Below are positions 29,229 to 39,695 of a stretch of 64,000 nt of DNA, piece by piece; the stretch's first letter is position 1; each line of letters starts with the position of its first letter. The notes under the pieces were generated by a model, which was not told the origin of the DNA, made no database searches, and was given only the letters and a program-made list of their open reading frames with translations. This DNA comes from an uncultured Gammaproteobacteria bacterium. GTDB lineage: Bacteria; Patescibacteriota; Patescibacteriia; Magasanikbacterales; GWA2-37-8. The stretch spans positions 396,537 to 460,536 of the forward strand of contig CAYHBZ010000002.1 of assembly GCA_964355175.1 (NCBI GenBank), given 5' to 3'. The translations under genes and the position numbers were made by a program.

Positions 29229-30233
29229 TTAACTGATATTTTTTAGGAAATCTTTTAAGACCAGTTCTGGCTTTGCTCCGTTCCAAACAATTTCATGGAC
29301 AACTTTGGCTAGCGGCATGGTGACGCGGTATTTTTTGGCCAAAGCCAAAACGGTTTTGCAAGTTTCGACACCCTCTACGGTTTGGCCGATAGCTTTGGCA
29401 GCTTGTTCTTTGTTTAAATATTTTGGCAAACAGGCGCCAAAGCGACGGTTGCGGGAATGCTCGGACATCGCGGTGCCGATGAGATCGCCGAGTCCGGCCA
29501 AATCATAGACGGTTTTTTCGTGTCCGCCCATTTTTTTCACCAAGGTGGAAATTTCTTTGAGGGCGGAAACAAAAATTGCGGCCTTGGTATTCATCGGATA
29601 GTCATAACAGTCGCACAATCCGATAGCGATAGCATAAACATTTTTGAGAGAGCCGGCTACTTCGGTGCCAACCAAATCATCACTTTTTATCAGACGCAAA
29701 TTATCATTTTCCAAAACTTTTTTGGTGAGCGCGACGGCGGATTTGGCGCCGGCAATATTCATGGCGGTAAAATAATTTTTTACCATGTCGGTCGCTACGG
29801 CCGGACCGGAAATTACCACAATATTATTTCGCAGGTTGGATGGTAAATTGCGAGATATTATTTTGGAGACAGTGGATAGACTCATGCTGTCGAGCCCTTT
29901 GGAAGCATTAACGCAGACAGTTTTTTTGGAAAGATAAGGGGAAATTTTTTTTGTCACCTCGCCAATAAATCCACTCGGCACGGCTAAAAATATTATGTCA
30001 GTTTTGGAAACAGCAGTGAATAATTCTTTTTCTACTTTGATGTTTTTGGATAATTTTATTCCCGGTAAATATTTTTTATTTTCACCAGTTTGGCTGATCT
30101 GATTTAGTGGTTCTACATCACCTTCGTAGTTCCATAGTCTTGCTACGAAGCCATTGTTGGCAATTATATTTGCCAAAGCGGTGCCCATGTTGCCGGCACC
30201 GAGCACAGTGACTGAAATATTTTTTGTTGCCAT
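29229..30233 (-). CDS. gpsA: NAD(P)H-dependent glycerol-3-phosphate dehydrogenase
   Basis: 'VLGAGNMGTALA' Rossmann motif and GpsA-length protein. Confidence 0.85.
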   Translation of the reverse strand: MATKNISVTVLGAGNMGTALANIIANNGFVARLWNYEGDVEPLNQISQTGENKKYLPGIKLSKNIKVEKELFTAVSKTDIIFLAVPSGFIGEVTKKISPYLSKKTVCVNASKGLDSMSLSTVSKIISRNLPSNLRNNIVVISGPAVATDMVKNYFTAMNIAGAKSAVALTKKVLENDNLRLIKSDDLVGTEVAGSLKNVYAIAIGLCDCYDYPMNTKAAIFVSALKEISTLVKKMGGHEKTVYDLAGLGDLIGTAMSEHSRNRRFGACLPKYLNKEQAAKAIGQTVEGVETCKTVLALAKKYRVTMPLAKVVHEIVWNGAKPELVLKDFLKNIS

Positions 30234-30242
30234 ATTAGATTT

Positions 30243-31292
30243 TTAAACTTTATCTTTATTGGCCAACTGTCCGCAGGCGGCGGCGATATCCAGACCTTGT
30301 GAACGACGCACGGTGCAGACAATATCTTTGTCGTTCATTTTTTGTTGCCAATGTTTGATGGTTTCCATCGGAGTGGTACCAAAAAAATCATTACTGCTAG
30401 CCGGATTGTAAGGGATCAGGTTCACGCGTACGGAGCCCATTTTGTGAACTAGTTTTATGAGAGCGTCGAGATTTTTTGGAAAATCGTTGACGCCACCAAG
30501 CATGATATATTCAATGCCGATAAAATGCGTGCGACTAGGAAAGGCTTTGTGATAACGGCGCGCCCAGTCTACCAAAAATTCCAAAAAGTCACTGCGGTTG
30601 GAAGGCATGATGGAAGTACGGTTTTCGTTGATGGCGCTGTGGAGTGACAAAGCAAAACGGACCGGTGGCCAATTTTTATCATCTACCATTTTGTCCATCG
30701 TAGTGGCCAAGCCGACGGTGGATACTGTAATTTTGCGTGGACCCATTTTGGCGGCCTTGATCAAAATATTAATAGCCTGTTTTACATTGTTATAATTTAA
30801 GAGTGGCTCACCTTGGCCCATAAAAACAATGTTATCTACTTCACCTTCGTTATTTTTCCATAGTATTTGTTGCCAGTAGCGCATCTGATCCACAATTTCG
30901 CGATAAGTAAGATTGCGCGCAAAACCCATTTTACCGGTAGCACAAAAAGTACAGGCCATCGGACAGCCAACTTGAGACGATACACAAATAGTATAGCGCG
31001 GACGATCCCCAGGAATCATTTTTTTGCTCACACGCGGCATCAGCACACTCTCGATTACTTTGCCGTCACTAAATTCTAGCAAGGCTTTGCGAGTGCCGTC
31101 GATTTTGCTCTGCAATAATACTTTTTCTTTTACTGTCACCCAAGGAATGTCCTTGAGCTTGGCGCGTAGATCTTTGGATAGGGTAGTGATCTCTTCAAAC
31201 GAATTTATTTTTTTATCAAACCAGGATAAATAAATTTGTTGGCGGCGAAAGGCCGGTTCGTCTTTGAGGATTTCTTCTAAATTATCGTTCAT
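30243..31292 (-). CDS. rlmN: 23S rRNA/tRNA m2A methyltransferase RlmN (radical SAM)
   Basis: 'CPMACTFCATG' cluster. Confidence 0.85.
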   Translation of the reverse strand: MNDNLEEILKDEPAFRRQQIYLSWFDKKINSFEEITTLSKDLRAKLKDIPWVTVKEKVLLQSKIDGTRKALLEFSDGKVIESVLMPRVSKKMIPGDRPRYTICVSSQVGCPMACTFCATGKMGFARNLTYREIVDQMRYWQQILWKNNEGEVDNIVFMGQGEPLLNYNNVKQAINILIKAAKMGPRKITVSTVGLATTMDKMVDDKNWPPVRFALSLHSAINENRTSIMPSNRSDFLEFLVDWARRYHKAFPSRTHFIGIEYIMLGGVNDFPKNLDALIKLVHKMGSVRVNLIPYNPASSNDFFGTTPMETIKHWQQKMNDKDIVCTVRRSQGLDIAAACGQLANKDKV

Positions 31293-33793
31293 ATTTTTTT
31301 AGGTCTTAAGGCCAATCCGGTCAAGATCATAGCGGATATGGAAATGGTGATTAAAGCTAAGAATTGATTTTGATTTATTTTTACAAGGTGAAATATTTCT
31401 CTGAGCTGTGGTATCGACATTATGAGCGTGAGAGCTATGATTGTTAGTACCCAAATGCTCATCAACAGGAAATTATGTTTTATTTGTTCCCATTCGCGGG
31501 TGACCATTATTAGTGTGACCTGGGTGATGGTGAGCGAGGCAAAAGTAAAGGTGCGGGCCATATCAGTATCATGTCTATAAAGGGCGTGGTAGCAGTAAAA
31601 ACTAGCCGCCACGGCCGTGATAGCCAATCCTTGAATAATAACTTTTTTAAATAGTTTGGGATTTATTAGCGGTTCTTTAATTGGTCGGGGTTTTTCGGTC
31701 ATGAGGCCTTTGCGGGCTCGATCGCGTTCAAATCCTATTACGGAAGCGGGGTCGCAGAATAATTCCAGGAATACTACATTGATAGGGAAGAAGACCAATG
31801 GTTCGCCCAGGATCAGAGGAAATATAGCCATAGCCACTATCGGAATATGAAAAGAAAATAAAAAGACAAAAGCTTGGCGCAGATTATCATAGATGCGACG
31901 TCCTTCTTGTATGGCACTGACGATAGTATTGAAATTATCATCAAGTAAAACTATGCCGGCAGCGGCCCGAGCCACTTCGGTGCCTTTTTCGCCCATAGCG
32001 ATACCGATGTTGGCTTTTTTTAGAGCAGGGGCATCGTTCACTCCATCGCCGGTCATGGCTACAATTTCACCTTGTTTTTGCAGAGCTTCCACAATTTGAT
32101 ATTTTTGTTCCGGTTTGACACGAGAAAAAATATCGTGGTTTCGGACAATTTCGTCGAATTGATCGGCGGAAATATTTTCCAATTCATGGCCGATAATTAT
32201 TTTTTCGTTGTGTTTTAGTCCAATAGACACGGCGATATTTTTGGCGGTCAGATGATTATCACCGGTAATCATGATTACACGGATGCCGGCTTTTTGACAG
32301 ATGTCGATAGCTTCCTTCACATTAGCGCGCGGCGGATCGCTCATCGCTAGCAAGGCCACAAATTCCAGATCATATTTTTCAATTTGTTTTTTGTCTCCCA
32401 GATTTTTTTGGGCAATCGCGATTACGCGGTAGCCTTGTTCAGCCAAAGCTTCGTATTTTTTTTGGATTTCATCTTTTTCGATGACGGATAAATTTGATTT
32501 GGCAATAATAGATTCGGGAGCGCCGGCACTATATTGAACTGAAATTTTTTCAGGATTTTGAAATAGGTGATGAAGAGTCTTGGTGGTGGATTCAAAGGGG
32601 TGGGTCTCGAGATGAGCGTGTTCGTTGAAATGGTTGGTGGTATCAATGCCGAGACTGGTGGCAAATCTCTGCACTTCTACTTCCATCGGATCGGCGGCGA
32701 TGCGTTCGAGCGACAATAGAGTTATTTTCATTAATTCCTTTAGATCTTCTCTGTTGGTCGCAAAATCTTTTTTACTATAGTTTTTATTTTGATAAAAAAT
32801 TTCTTCCAAAGACATTTTGCCTTCAGTGAGCGTGCCGGTCTTGTCGGTGCAAATTACGGTAGCCGATCCCAAAGTTTCTACCATCGCCATTTCGCGCACC
32901 AAAGCTTTTTGTTTGGTCATGCGCCATACGCCCATGATGAGAAATACACTGAACACAATCGGAAATTCTTCCGGTATCAGAGCCATAGCCAAAGTGACCG
33001 AGCCGAGTAGTCCATTTACCAAAGAAGTTTTTAAAGCAATTAAAATACCGACCAAAAAAGAGGTGCTGATGGCGATGATAGCCACGCTCTTTATTAGTCG
33101 GCGAATATTTTTTTGTAGAGGAGTGTCCAAGCGTTCGATATTTTCCAATAAATTTCCCAGTTTGCCATAGGCAGTATGGGCGGCCGTGTCGGTGACCAAC
33201 AGGTAACCTTCGCCTTGAGCGATTAAAGTTCCTTGAAAAAGTTTATTTTCTTCGGTTATTTTTTGCAGGTCTTGGGTGGAATTTTTGGAAACTACTATCG
33301 ATTCACCGGTTAGCATTGATTCGTCTACCAATAAACCGACCGAATCTAGCAAAACACCGTCCGCCGGAGCTTTGTCGCCGGCATTTAGATACACCAGATC
33401 ACCCGGTACTAAATTTTTTATTTCAGTTTTTTGGATTTTTTCATCGCGAAATACGCGGCAAAAATCTACTACAATTTTATCCAATGCTTCGATGGCTTTG
33501 TCCGTGCGTCTTTCTTGAATAAATTCAATAATTAAAATTGGAACAATTGAAACCAGCAATATGATGGTATCCACATGGTCGCCCAAAAAAAGATAGGCCA
33601 AAGCGGCTATAAACAATAACAAGATCATCGGCTCGGAAATTATCTTGGCCAGACGCTTGAAACTACTTTGTTTTTTCTTGGCGGGACGCAAATTCAGACC
33701 GTATTTTGCCAAGGCAATTTTATATTGCTCAGAAGACAGGCCTTTGTATTTTGTTTTTAACGCTAAAACTGCTTCCAAAATTTCGGTATTCAT
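31289..33793 (-). CDS. P-type cation-transporting ATPase (type II, Ca2+/Mg2+-like)
   Basis: 'DKTGTLT' and 'GDGVNDAPAL' motifs. 834 aa with 10 TM helices. Confidence 0.85.
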   Translation of the reverse strand: MNTEILEAVLALKTKYKGLSSEQYKIALAKYGLNLRPAKKKQSSFKRLAKIISEPMILLLFIAALAYLFLGDHVDTIILLVSIVPILIIEFIQERRTDKAIEALDKIVVDFCRVFRDEKIQKTEIKNLVPGDLVYLNAGDKAPADGVLLDSVGLLVDESMLTGESIVVSKNSTQDLQKITEENKLFQGTLIAQGEGYLLVTDTAAHTAYGKLGNLLENIERLDTPLQKNIRRLIKSVAIIAISTSFLVGILIALKTSLVNGLLGSVTLAMALIPEEFPIVFSVFLIMGVWRMTKQKALVREMAMVETLGSATVICTDKTGTLTEGKMSLEEIFYQNKNYSKKDFATNREDLKELMKITLLSLERIAADPMEVEVQRFATSLGIDTTNHFNEHAHLETHPFESTTKTLHHLFQNPEKISVQYSAGAPESIIAKSNLSVIEKDEIQKKYEALAEQGYRVIAIAQKNLGDKKQIEKYDLEFVALLAMSDPPRANVKEAIDICQKAGIRVIMITGDNHLTAKNIAVSIGLKHNEKIIIGHELENISADQFDEIVRNHDIFSRVKPEQKYQIVEALQKQGEIVAMTGDGVNDAPALKKANIGIAMGEKGTEVARAAAGIVLLDDNFNTIVSAIQEGRRIYDNLRQAFVFLFSFHIPIVAMAIFPLILGEPLVFFPINVVFLELFCDPASVIGFERDRARKGLMTEKPRPIKEPLINPKLFKKVIIQGLAITAVAASFYCYHALYRHDTDMARTFTFASLTITQVTLIMVTREWEQIKHNFLLMSIWVLTIIALTLIMSIPQLREIFHLVKINQNQFLALITISISAMILTGLALRPKKI

Positions 33794-34000
33794 ATCGGAT
33801 ATTCTATCAGAAATAAGGGTATTTTACAAGGAATAAAAAATACCCTACCAAAGGTAAAGTATTTTTATAATAATGCCTATTTTACCGAGATCTCCTGTTA
33901 AATTTTTACCAATATATTTGATAAAGATTTAGCATTGGGAGATCTTGGTGGACCGCGACCTCCCAACGCCAGACTTGCGTCGGTCTGTCGGTAGGCGAGT

Positions 34001-34354
34001 CTACCAGGCGCCCATGGGCTGAGACGTAGGCTTGGCGACTTCCAGTTCCTGGGCCGTGGCCAGACGCGCTCCGGCACAGGTGCCCAGCACCCACTGGATC
34101 ACGAGCAGGTCACCGACCTTGGTCTCCTTGGGGACGAACAACGGGAAGCCGCTGCGGTCCTCGTCGGCTCCGCGCTTGTGTTCGTTCTCTGCGAAGTAGC
34201 GATGGCCGCTCTTGTCGCTACGTCCGAGCACGTAGAAGATCGGAGTCTCCGGATGCTGGTCGGCGTTGTTGCTGTCGCGACGGATGAGTTTGCCTTGGGG
34301 TACAAAGATACCGACACCGGTTTCGAGCCGGAAGACACCGTGAAAGATAAGCAT
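34001..34354 (-). CDS. High-GC hypothetical protein (117 aa)
   Basis: High-GC ORF with RBS 'aaggac'. Has its own TTGACT-17-TATATA promoter at 34401-34429 (minus strand). Confidence 0.45.
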   Translation of the reverse strand: MLIFHGVFRLETGVGIFVPQGKLIRRDSNNADQHPETPIFYVLGRSDKSGHRYFAENEHKRGADEDRSGFPLFVPKETKVGDLLVIQWVLGTCAGARLATAQELEVAKPTSQPMGAW

Positions 34355-34400
34355 TGATTGTCCTTGAGTTGCATCAACCGAAACGCTCGGCTGATATGAT

Positions 34401-34429
34401 GTATATACACTGATTTTAGCAAAAAGTCA
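34401..34429 (-). promoter_or_regulatory. sigma70 promoter TTGACT-17-TATATA (minus strand)
   Basis: On the minus strand, TTGACT corresponds to plus-strand 34424-34429 and TATATA to 34401-34406, with a 17 nt spacer. Confidence 0.45.
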
Positions 34430-34502
34430 ATGGTAAATTGGTTTTTTGAGATAATAAAATAAAAAATCCCCTATTTTATTAGGAGATTTTAGTTTTAATT
34501 TT

Positions 34503-35912
34503 TTAAGAAAAATATTTTTTTTCCAGCGATTTTATTTTTTCACTCAGTTGGTCTATGGAAAGTGGTGGATTAATCTGAGATTTTTCTAGTAACTCGATTA
34601 TTGTTTTTAGCAGTTGTTTGGCGCCGGGTATAATATGATTATTACGATCTTCCGCGTATGATAAGCGCAGATAGCCACTTCCGCCACTGCCAAAATCGCT
34701 GCCTGGTATGGCCGCAAAGCCTTTTTCTTGTAGTAGCCAGCGGCTGAAATCTTTATCATTTTTTATTTTTAGATCTTCAGCCACATATTTTAATTTCAAA
34801 ATGTTTTCAATATTTGGAAACAAATAAAAAGCGCCCTCGGCTTGATTTGGTAAGATAAAAGGGGAGAGCAGTGAGAGAGATTCGAATAAAAATTTACCTT
34901 TTTTCTCGTACTCGGCAAAATCGGTTTGTAAAATTGGTTCAATTTTTTCGCGTACCGATGGATAGTGGCATCCGTCCAAATCGACATCGCCAAAAATCGT
35001 GCCCGCCACAATCTGGTTGGCGCGACTGACACAACTCCATTTATTTACTGCGAGTTGTCCGAAAATTTCTATGAGCCACTCGGGTGCTATCACAAATCCC
35101 ACACGCCAGCCGGTCATCGCATAATTTTTGGAACAACCATTGAGATTGATAGTAAAATCAAGCATGCCCGGCACCGATAAAATGCTAAAATGCTTGCGAC
35201 CGTCAAAAGTAATTTGATCGTAAATGTCATCAAACACCACCATGAAGCGATATTTTTTGGCCAGTTCGGCCACAGCGCGCAATTTTTCTTCGCCCATCAT
35301 CATGCCGGTCGGATTTTGCGGCGTGTTGAGAAAAAGTAATTTTATATTTTTATTTTCCAATAAGATTTTTTCCAAATCCGATACATTAAAATCCAAAGTT
35401 TTATCATCCGGATTTTGTCGGGCTGTCCATTCCAAAGGTTTTTTGCGCGTATAAAAATTAGAGAGCGAAGCGTAGATAGGATACGAAGGATTTTGGACAA
35501 TAATTTGATCATCTTTATTCACCAAAGCTTGCAAAGATAATTCAATTGCCGGTTTGCCGCCCGGTTCAAGCAAAATATTTTCTTTTTTAATTTCCACCCC
35601 ACGCGTAGTCGTCCAAAATCGCGCAATGTTTTCGCGCACCTGCGGATACCCCAAGAAATGCCCATATTTGGTCTGCTTATCTCGAAGAGCCTGAATCGCC
35701 ACCTCAATAATCGGTTCCGGAGTCTTTGGACCAGTATCCCCAATATGAAATTTATAAACAGTCAAAAACTTTTTCGAAGCCTCCACTTTCGCCACCTCCA
35801 CCCCAAAAGCAAACGAAGATTCATCCCCCAAAAAATTCAAATCACGATTATAATCCACCTTCGGAGACATTTCATCATTATTCAAAAATTTCGCAGACAA
35901 TTTCATATCCAA
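34503..35912 (-). CDS. Class I/II PLP-dependent aminotransferase
   Basis: AAT-like fold features. 469 aa. Confidence 0.7.
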   Translation of the reverse strand: MDMKLSAKFLNNDEMSPKVDYNRDLNFLGDESSFAFGVEVAKVEASKKFLTVYKFHIGDTGPKTPEPIIEVAIQALRDKQTKYGHFLGYPQVRENIARFWTTTRGVEIKKENILLEPGGKPAIELSLQALVNKDDQIIVQNPSYPIYASLSNFYTRKKPLEWTARQNPDDKTLDFNVSDLEKILLENKNIKLLFLNTPQNPTGMMMGEEKLRAVAELAKKYRFMVVFDDIYDQITFDGRKHFSILSVPGMLDFTINLNGCSKNYAMTGWRVGFVIAPEWLIEIFGQLAVNKWSCVSRANQIVAGTIFGDVDLDGCHYPSVREKIEPILQTDFAEYEKKGKFLFESLSLLSPFILPNQAEGAFYLFPNIENILKLKYVAEDLKIKNDKDFSRWLLQEKGFAAIPGSDFGSGGSGYLRLSYAEDRNNHIIPGAKQLLKTIIELLEKSQINPPLSIDQLSEKIKSLEKKYFS

Positions 35913-35928
35913 TTTAAAGTATAAAGAA

Positions 35929-36104
35929 AATAAATATTTCCCCTGAACGAGCCGCTGAAAATCCGAGCAAATAATTTGTGAGCCGACGAGGCGTCTCTGG
36001 CCGTGCTGTTTGAGGAGCCGCGCGACGAGTTCACGGCCAGAGTCTCGACGGGTTGCAAATTATGCGAAGATTTTCACAGGCGAGAGAAGGGGAAATATTT
36101 ATTT
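35929..36104. repeat. Long palindromic intergenic element, family M3, copy b
   Basis: 16 bp perfect terminal inverted repeats (aaataaatatttcccc / ggggaaatatttattt). Core 'aaataatttgtgagccg...ctgtttgaggagccg.gcgacgagttca...ggttgcaaattat' shared with copy a. The inner stem changes (ctagccctg/cagggctag versus ctctggccgtg/cacggccagag) with pairing kept. Confidence 0.55.
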
Positions 36105-38324
36105 GATAATAGCACGAAGAATTTTAGATTCAATTTCCGGCGGAGTCAAATGCGCCAATTCATAAACCTCATCCACATTCCCAGACTTCAAATAAGTATC
36201 AATACAAATAGAGCGCTTCTCATAATTCTTCGGCAACATGAAAGGATACAAAAATCCTTTCCAGCCATTGTGCAAAGCCACCACCAATTCACGCTCATGA
36301 TCCGGCAAAATTTGTTGAGCCACGCGCTCGTTGGTATGGCGTAGTTCTTCAAATAACTCCGGAGAAGTGACGCAAATAATTTTTACATCATAATCTTTTT
36401 CCAAATTTGGCAGAATCTCCAGAGTGTTAAACAGCATATGCGCGCCACAAATCGCCAATACAGTTTTTTGTTGGCCGTTTTCTTTGAAAGGTTTGTAAAC
36501 ATAGGCGCCCCAAGTGGCCGCGATAGCTGGCGGCACATCACCGCCGCGTTTGATTACCGGAGTATCCGGACGCATGGCCGAGAGCGCGATTGGTTCACCT
36601 TTTTCTAGAGCATAAAATAACATTTCTACCATTTCATTGGCATCCATTGGTTTGTATACTTTTATTCCTGGAATAGCATTATACAAACTCATCCAGTACA
36701 AACCCTGATGAGTAGGGCCGTCTTCACCAGTTTCCGGGCCGTCATGGGCCGCGTACATTATGAAGAAGCCTTTGTGAGCGGGGAAGAGATGGTTGTTAAT
36801 TACCGCCAAGCGCACACAGTTGGCTATCATGGTAGTGAACACAGCATAAGTACCAAATACGGAAATAGGATGAAATCCGCCCGGCAAAATATCCTGGGTC
36901 AAAGTCGCGCTCATCATCGCCATGTTTTGCTCGGCAATACCAAAGCGAATACCGCGACCCAAAGGATTTTTTGGCGTAATTAAGCCATAGACATTTTCCG
37001 CTGCCGCCGTGAGTACGGATCCGGAAAGATCGCCCGCACCGGCATAAAAAAAGGCGGTTTGAGTCATGAGCCATTTATACCACGCGCCCGCGGCTTTGCG
37101 AGTCGCTACTTTTGACCCCTCTTCAAAAATTAATTCCGGTGGCAAAGTTTCCGGGCGGCGCACGGAGGTGGGATTTACCAAGGCGCGTCCGTTTAGAGCC
37201 AGAGCCATTTGGCGTACCAATTCAGATTCCGGTTTTATTTTTTTAGCGGCAATATCCAATTTTTCCAAAACATATTTTTCATCTTCCGGTGAAATATTTT
37301 TTAGGATCACTTCAATATCTTTTATCGCTTCACCTTTTATTCCCGGAATATCAAAGCCGAGATTTTTCATGACTTCGATGTATTCTTCATGTTTTATCGG
37401 AGCACCGTGACTGGCCGCGGTATTTTCTTTACTGCCATATAATTTACCTTTTAGCGTGTGGCAAATTATTACCGTTGGTCTGTTATTATTAAAAATTTTT
37501 GGTGCGAGGCGATAGGCGTACATTACTTCAAGTACATTATGTCCATCTACTTCGATCATATTCCAGCCCATGCCACGCCAATGATCAATATAAGTAGAAT
37601 TCATCGCTTCTTCTATCGGGCCATCAATACCAAAATGGTTGTAATCCAAACTGACGATCATATTATCCGTACCGGTAGCGGCCAAGACATTGCGGGCTTC
37701 ATAAGTCATACCTTCTTCGCTTTCGGCGTCACCCATCATTACATATACTTTAGTTGGCAAGCCACAAGATTTGTGGACTATTGCCATACCGCCGGCCCCA
37801 GAAAAGCCGTGACCAGATGGGCCGGTAGAGGTGTCGGCTAAGGGATAATGGCCCTCAGCGTGGCCTTGTGGGCCATCAGTGTGGCGAAAGCGTAAAAGAT
37901 GTTCTGGGAAAACCGGCTGAACCACCGCTTCCGAAAATTGTCGGCCACTGCGGCGTAGAATTTCATAGATTAGAGAATTCATCGCGAAAAGACCGGGCGT
38001 ACAATGTCCCGCGCTCCAAATAATACGATCGCGTCCGGAATTTTTAGGATTGATTGGGTCAAAAGCTAAATTTTCTCCCAGCACCAAAGCCAATAGTTGC
38101 TCTACTTTGCCGCTACTGCCACCGGGATGTCCGCTTTGACCAGCTTCGACCGCCACAAAAATAAAAGCACGCAAAATCTGAGCCAAATGTTGCAGTCGCT
38201 TCACATCTACTCCGGGAAGATCCGTTAAATCTGTGCCGGATAAATTTATGTAGTTTCCGTTTACCCTGTTTTTATCTTTGGAAAATTTTTTCCAATCTTT
38301 TTCTTCAAACAAATTCAAACTCAT
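36099..38324 (-). CDS. tkt: Transketolase
   Basis: 'GHxG' ThDP region and 'EDGPTHQG' motif. 741 aa including an N-terminal extension. Confidence 0.85.
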   Translation of the reverse strand: MSLNLFEEKDWKKFSKDKNRVNGNYINLSGTDLTDLPGVDVKRLQHLAQILRAFIFVAVEAGQSGHPGGSSGKVEQLLALVLGENLAFDPINPKNSGRDRIIWSAGHCTPGLFAMNSLIYEILRRSGRQFSEAVVQPVFPEHLLRFRHTDGPQGHAEGHYPLADTSTGPSGHGFSGAGGMAIVHKSCGLPTKVYVMMGDAESEEGMTYEARNVLAATGTDNMIVSLDYNHFGIDGPIEEAMNSTYIDHWRGMGWNMIEVDGHNVLEVMYAYRLAPKIFNNNRPTVIICHTLKGKLYGSKENTAASHGAPIKHEEYIEVMKNLGFDIPGIKGEAIKDIEVILKNISPEDEKYVLEKLDIAAKKIKPESELVRQMALALNGRALVNPTSVRRPETLPPELIFEEGSKVATRKAAGAWYKWLMTQTAFFYAGAGDLSGSVLTAAAENVYGLITPKNPLGRGIRFGIAEQNMAMMSATLTQDILPGGFHPISVFGTYAVFTTMIANCVRLAVINNHLFPAHKGFFIMYAAHDGPETGEDGPTHQGLYWMSLYNAIPGIKVYKPMDANEMVEMLFYALEKGEPIALSAMRPDTPVIKRGGDVPPAIAATWGAYVYKPFKENGQQKTVLAICGAHMLFNTLEILPNLEKDYDVKIICVTSPELFEELRHTNERVAQQILPDHERELVVALHNGWKGFLYPFMLPKNYEKRSICIDTYLKSGNVDEVYELAHLTPPEIESKILRAIIK

Positions 38325-38680
38325 ACGGTAATTGTATACTCTTTGCCTTCACGCACTTTGCGTTTATCTTTTTTATCTTTTTCGCGTTGCATTACTTTGT
38401 GTTTTTTTAGCTCACTTTCCAGATAATCGCGTACTTTGTCTATCGCTTTGTAAACATCTTTTTCATTTTTGGAAGCAAACAGGTCGTTGCCCGGCACTTC
38501 CAGTTTACATTCGCATATAAAAATTTTTCCTTTCAAGTGGTGGTTGGTTTCTAAACCCACTCGTACTTGAGCGCGCATTATTTTATCGTAAAATTTATCC
38601 AAACCATTAATTTTCTTTTCTACGTATTCTTGAATAGAGGAGGTGAGCTCGATTCCTTTGCCGGTAATTTGGATTTGCAT
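38321..38680 (-). CDS. hpf: Ribosome hibernation promoting factor
   Basis: 'MQIQITGKGIELT..' RaiA/HPF fold signature. Confidence 0.8.
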   Translation of the reverse strand: MQIQITGKGIELTSSIQEYVEKKINGLDKFYDKIMRAQVRVGLETNHHLKGKIFICECKLEVPGNDLFASKNEKDVYKAIDKVRDYLESELKKHKVMQREKDKKDKRKVREGKEYTITV

Positions 38681-38708
38681 AGCATTAGGGCTAGTGAATT
38701 AAAACTTT

Positions 38709-39650
38709 TTATTGGACTATTTCTACTTCCGGTTCGATATTTAATTTAAACTTATTATACGCTTTTTCTTTCATTATTTCAACAATTTTTAGCACATCTT
38801 CCTGTTTGGCGTTGTTGAAGTTGATCACGAAGTTTCCATGTTCGTCGGATACTTTGGCGCCGCCGATGGTGAGGCCTTTGAGATCCAGTTGTTCCATTAC
38901 CCAGCCCACCGGTATCATACCGCGTTCACGGAATAGCTCTGGTAATTCTTCTTTATTTCCCGGCCATTTGGATATTTGGATATTTTTGAAGAAACTTCCG
39001 GCTGATGGGGTATGTGGGTAGCGTCCGGATCTTTGCTTCATATAGGTAGTGGCGCGTTGCATTATTTCTTTTTTGTCGCCAGGCTTCAGCTTGAACCAAG
39101 CGCGTAGTACAATGTCACCATTAAATTTGAAATGACTTTCGCGGTAATCAAATCCACACTCGGAATTTTGTAATTCAATCACTTCGCCGTCACGCCAGAT
39201 CTGTACTTTTTCCATACAGGTGGCAATATTTTTGCCCATGGCTCCGGCATTGCCGCGCACCGCTCCGCCTACCGTACCTGGCACGCCCACGCCCCATTCC
39301 AGTCCTTCTAGGCTATGAGCCAGAGATAAATTTATTAGAGTACCAAAGCCTACCCCAGCATCGGACATGATGGTGGTGTCGTCTGCCATCTCTACTTTTT
39401 TGGTTTGAATTTTTACGGTGACGCCCTCGATATCTCGGTCCGGCATGAGTAAATTACTACCGCCTCCCAAGATAAAAAAGTCTACGCCATTATTTTTGAG
39501 ATAATTCAGCAAGCCAACCAATTTTTCGGTATCGGTCACGGTGACCAACCGCTGGGCCATTTCTCCCACCGCAAAAGTAGTCATTTTTTTGAAAGATACG
39601 TTGGTCTTTACGTCACCAAAATTTTGTAATTCTTTGTACAGGTCATCCAT
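38709..39650 (-). CDS. murB: UDP-N-acetylenolpyruvoylglucosamine reductase
   Basis: FAD-binding 'GGGSNLL' motif and MurB C-terminal domain. Confidence 0.85.
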   Translation of the reverse strand: MDDLYKELQNFGDVKTNVSFKKMTTFAVGEMAQRLVTVTDTEKLVGLLNYLKNNGVDFFILGGGSNLLMPDRDIEGVTVKIQTKKVEMADDTTIMSDAGVGFGTLINLSLAHSLEGLEWGVGVPGTVGGAVRGNAGAMGKNIATCMEKVQIWRDGEVIELQNSECGFDYRESHFKFNGDIVLRAWFKLKPGDKKEIMQRATTYMKQRSGRYPHTPSAGSFFKNIQISKWPGNKEELPELFRERGMIPVGWVMEQLDLKGLTIGGAKVSDEHGNFVINFNNAKQEDVLKIVEIMKEKAYNKFKLNIEPEVEIVQ

Positions 39651-39659
39651 AGTATATAA

Positions 39660-39688
39660 TTGCCAAAAGGTGGTTATTTTAGTATAAT
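39660..39688 (+). promoter_or_regulatory. sigma70 promoter TTGCCA-17-TATAAT. The implied TSS is about 7 nt before the ATG, making the mRNA leaderless
   Basis: TATAAT at 39683-39688 and ATG at 39696, with no SD sequence between them. Confidence 0.45.
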
Positions 39689-39695
39689 CTCCTAT

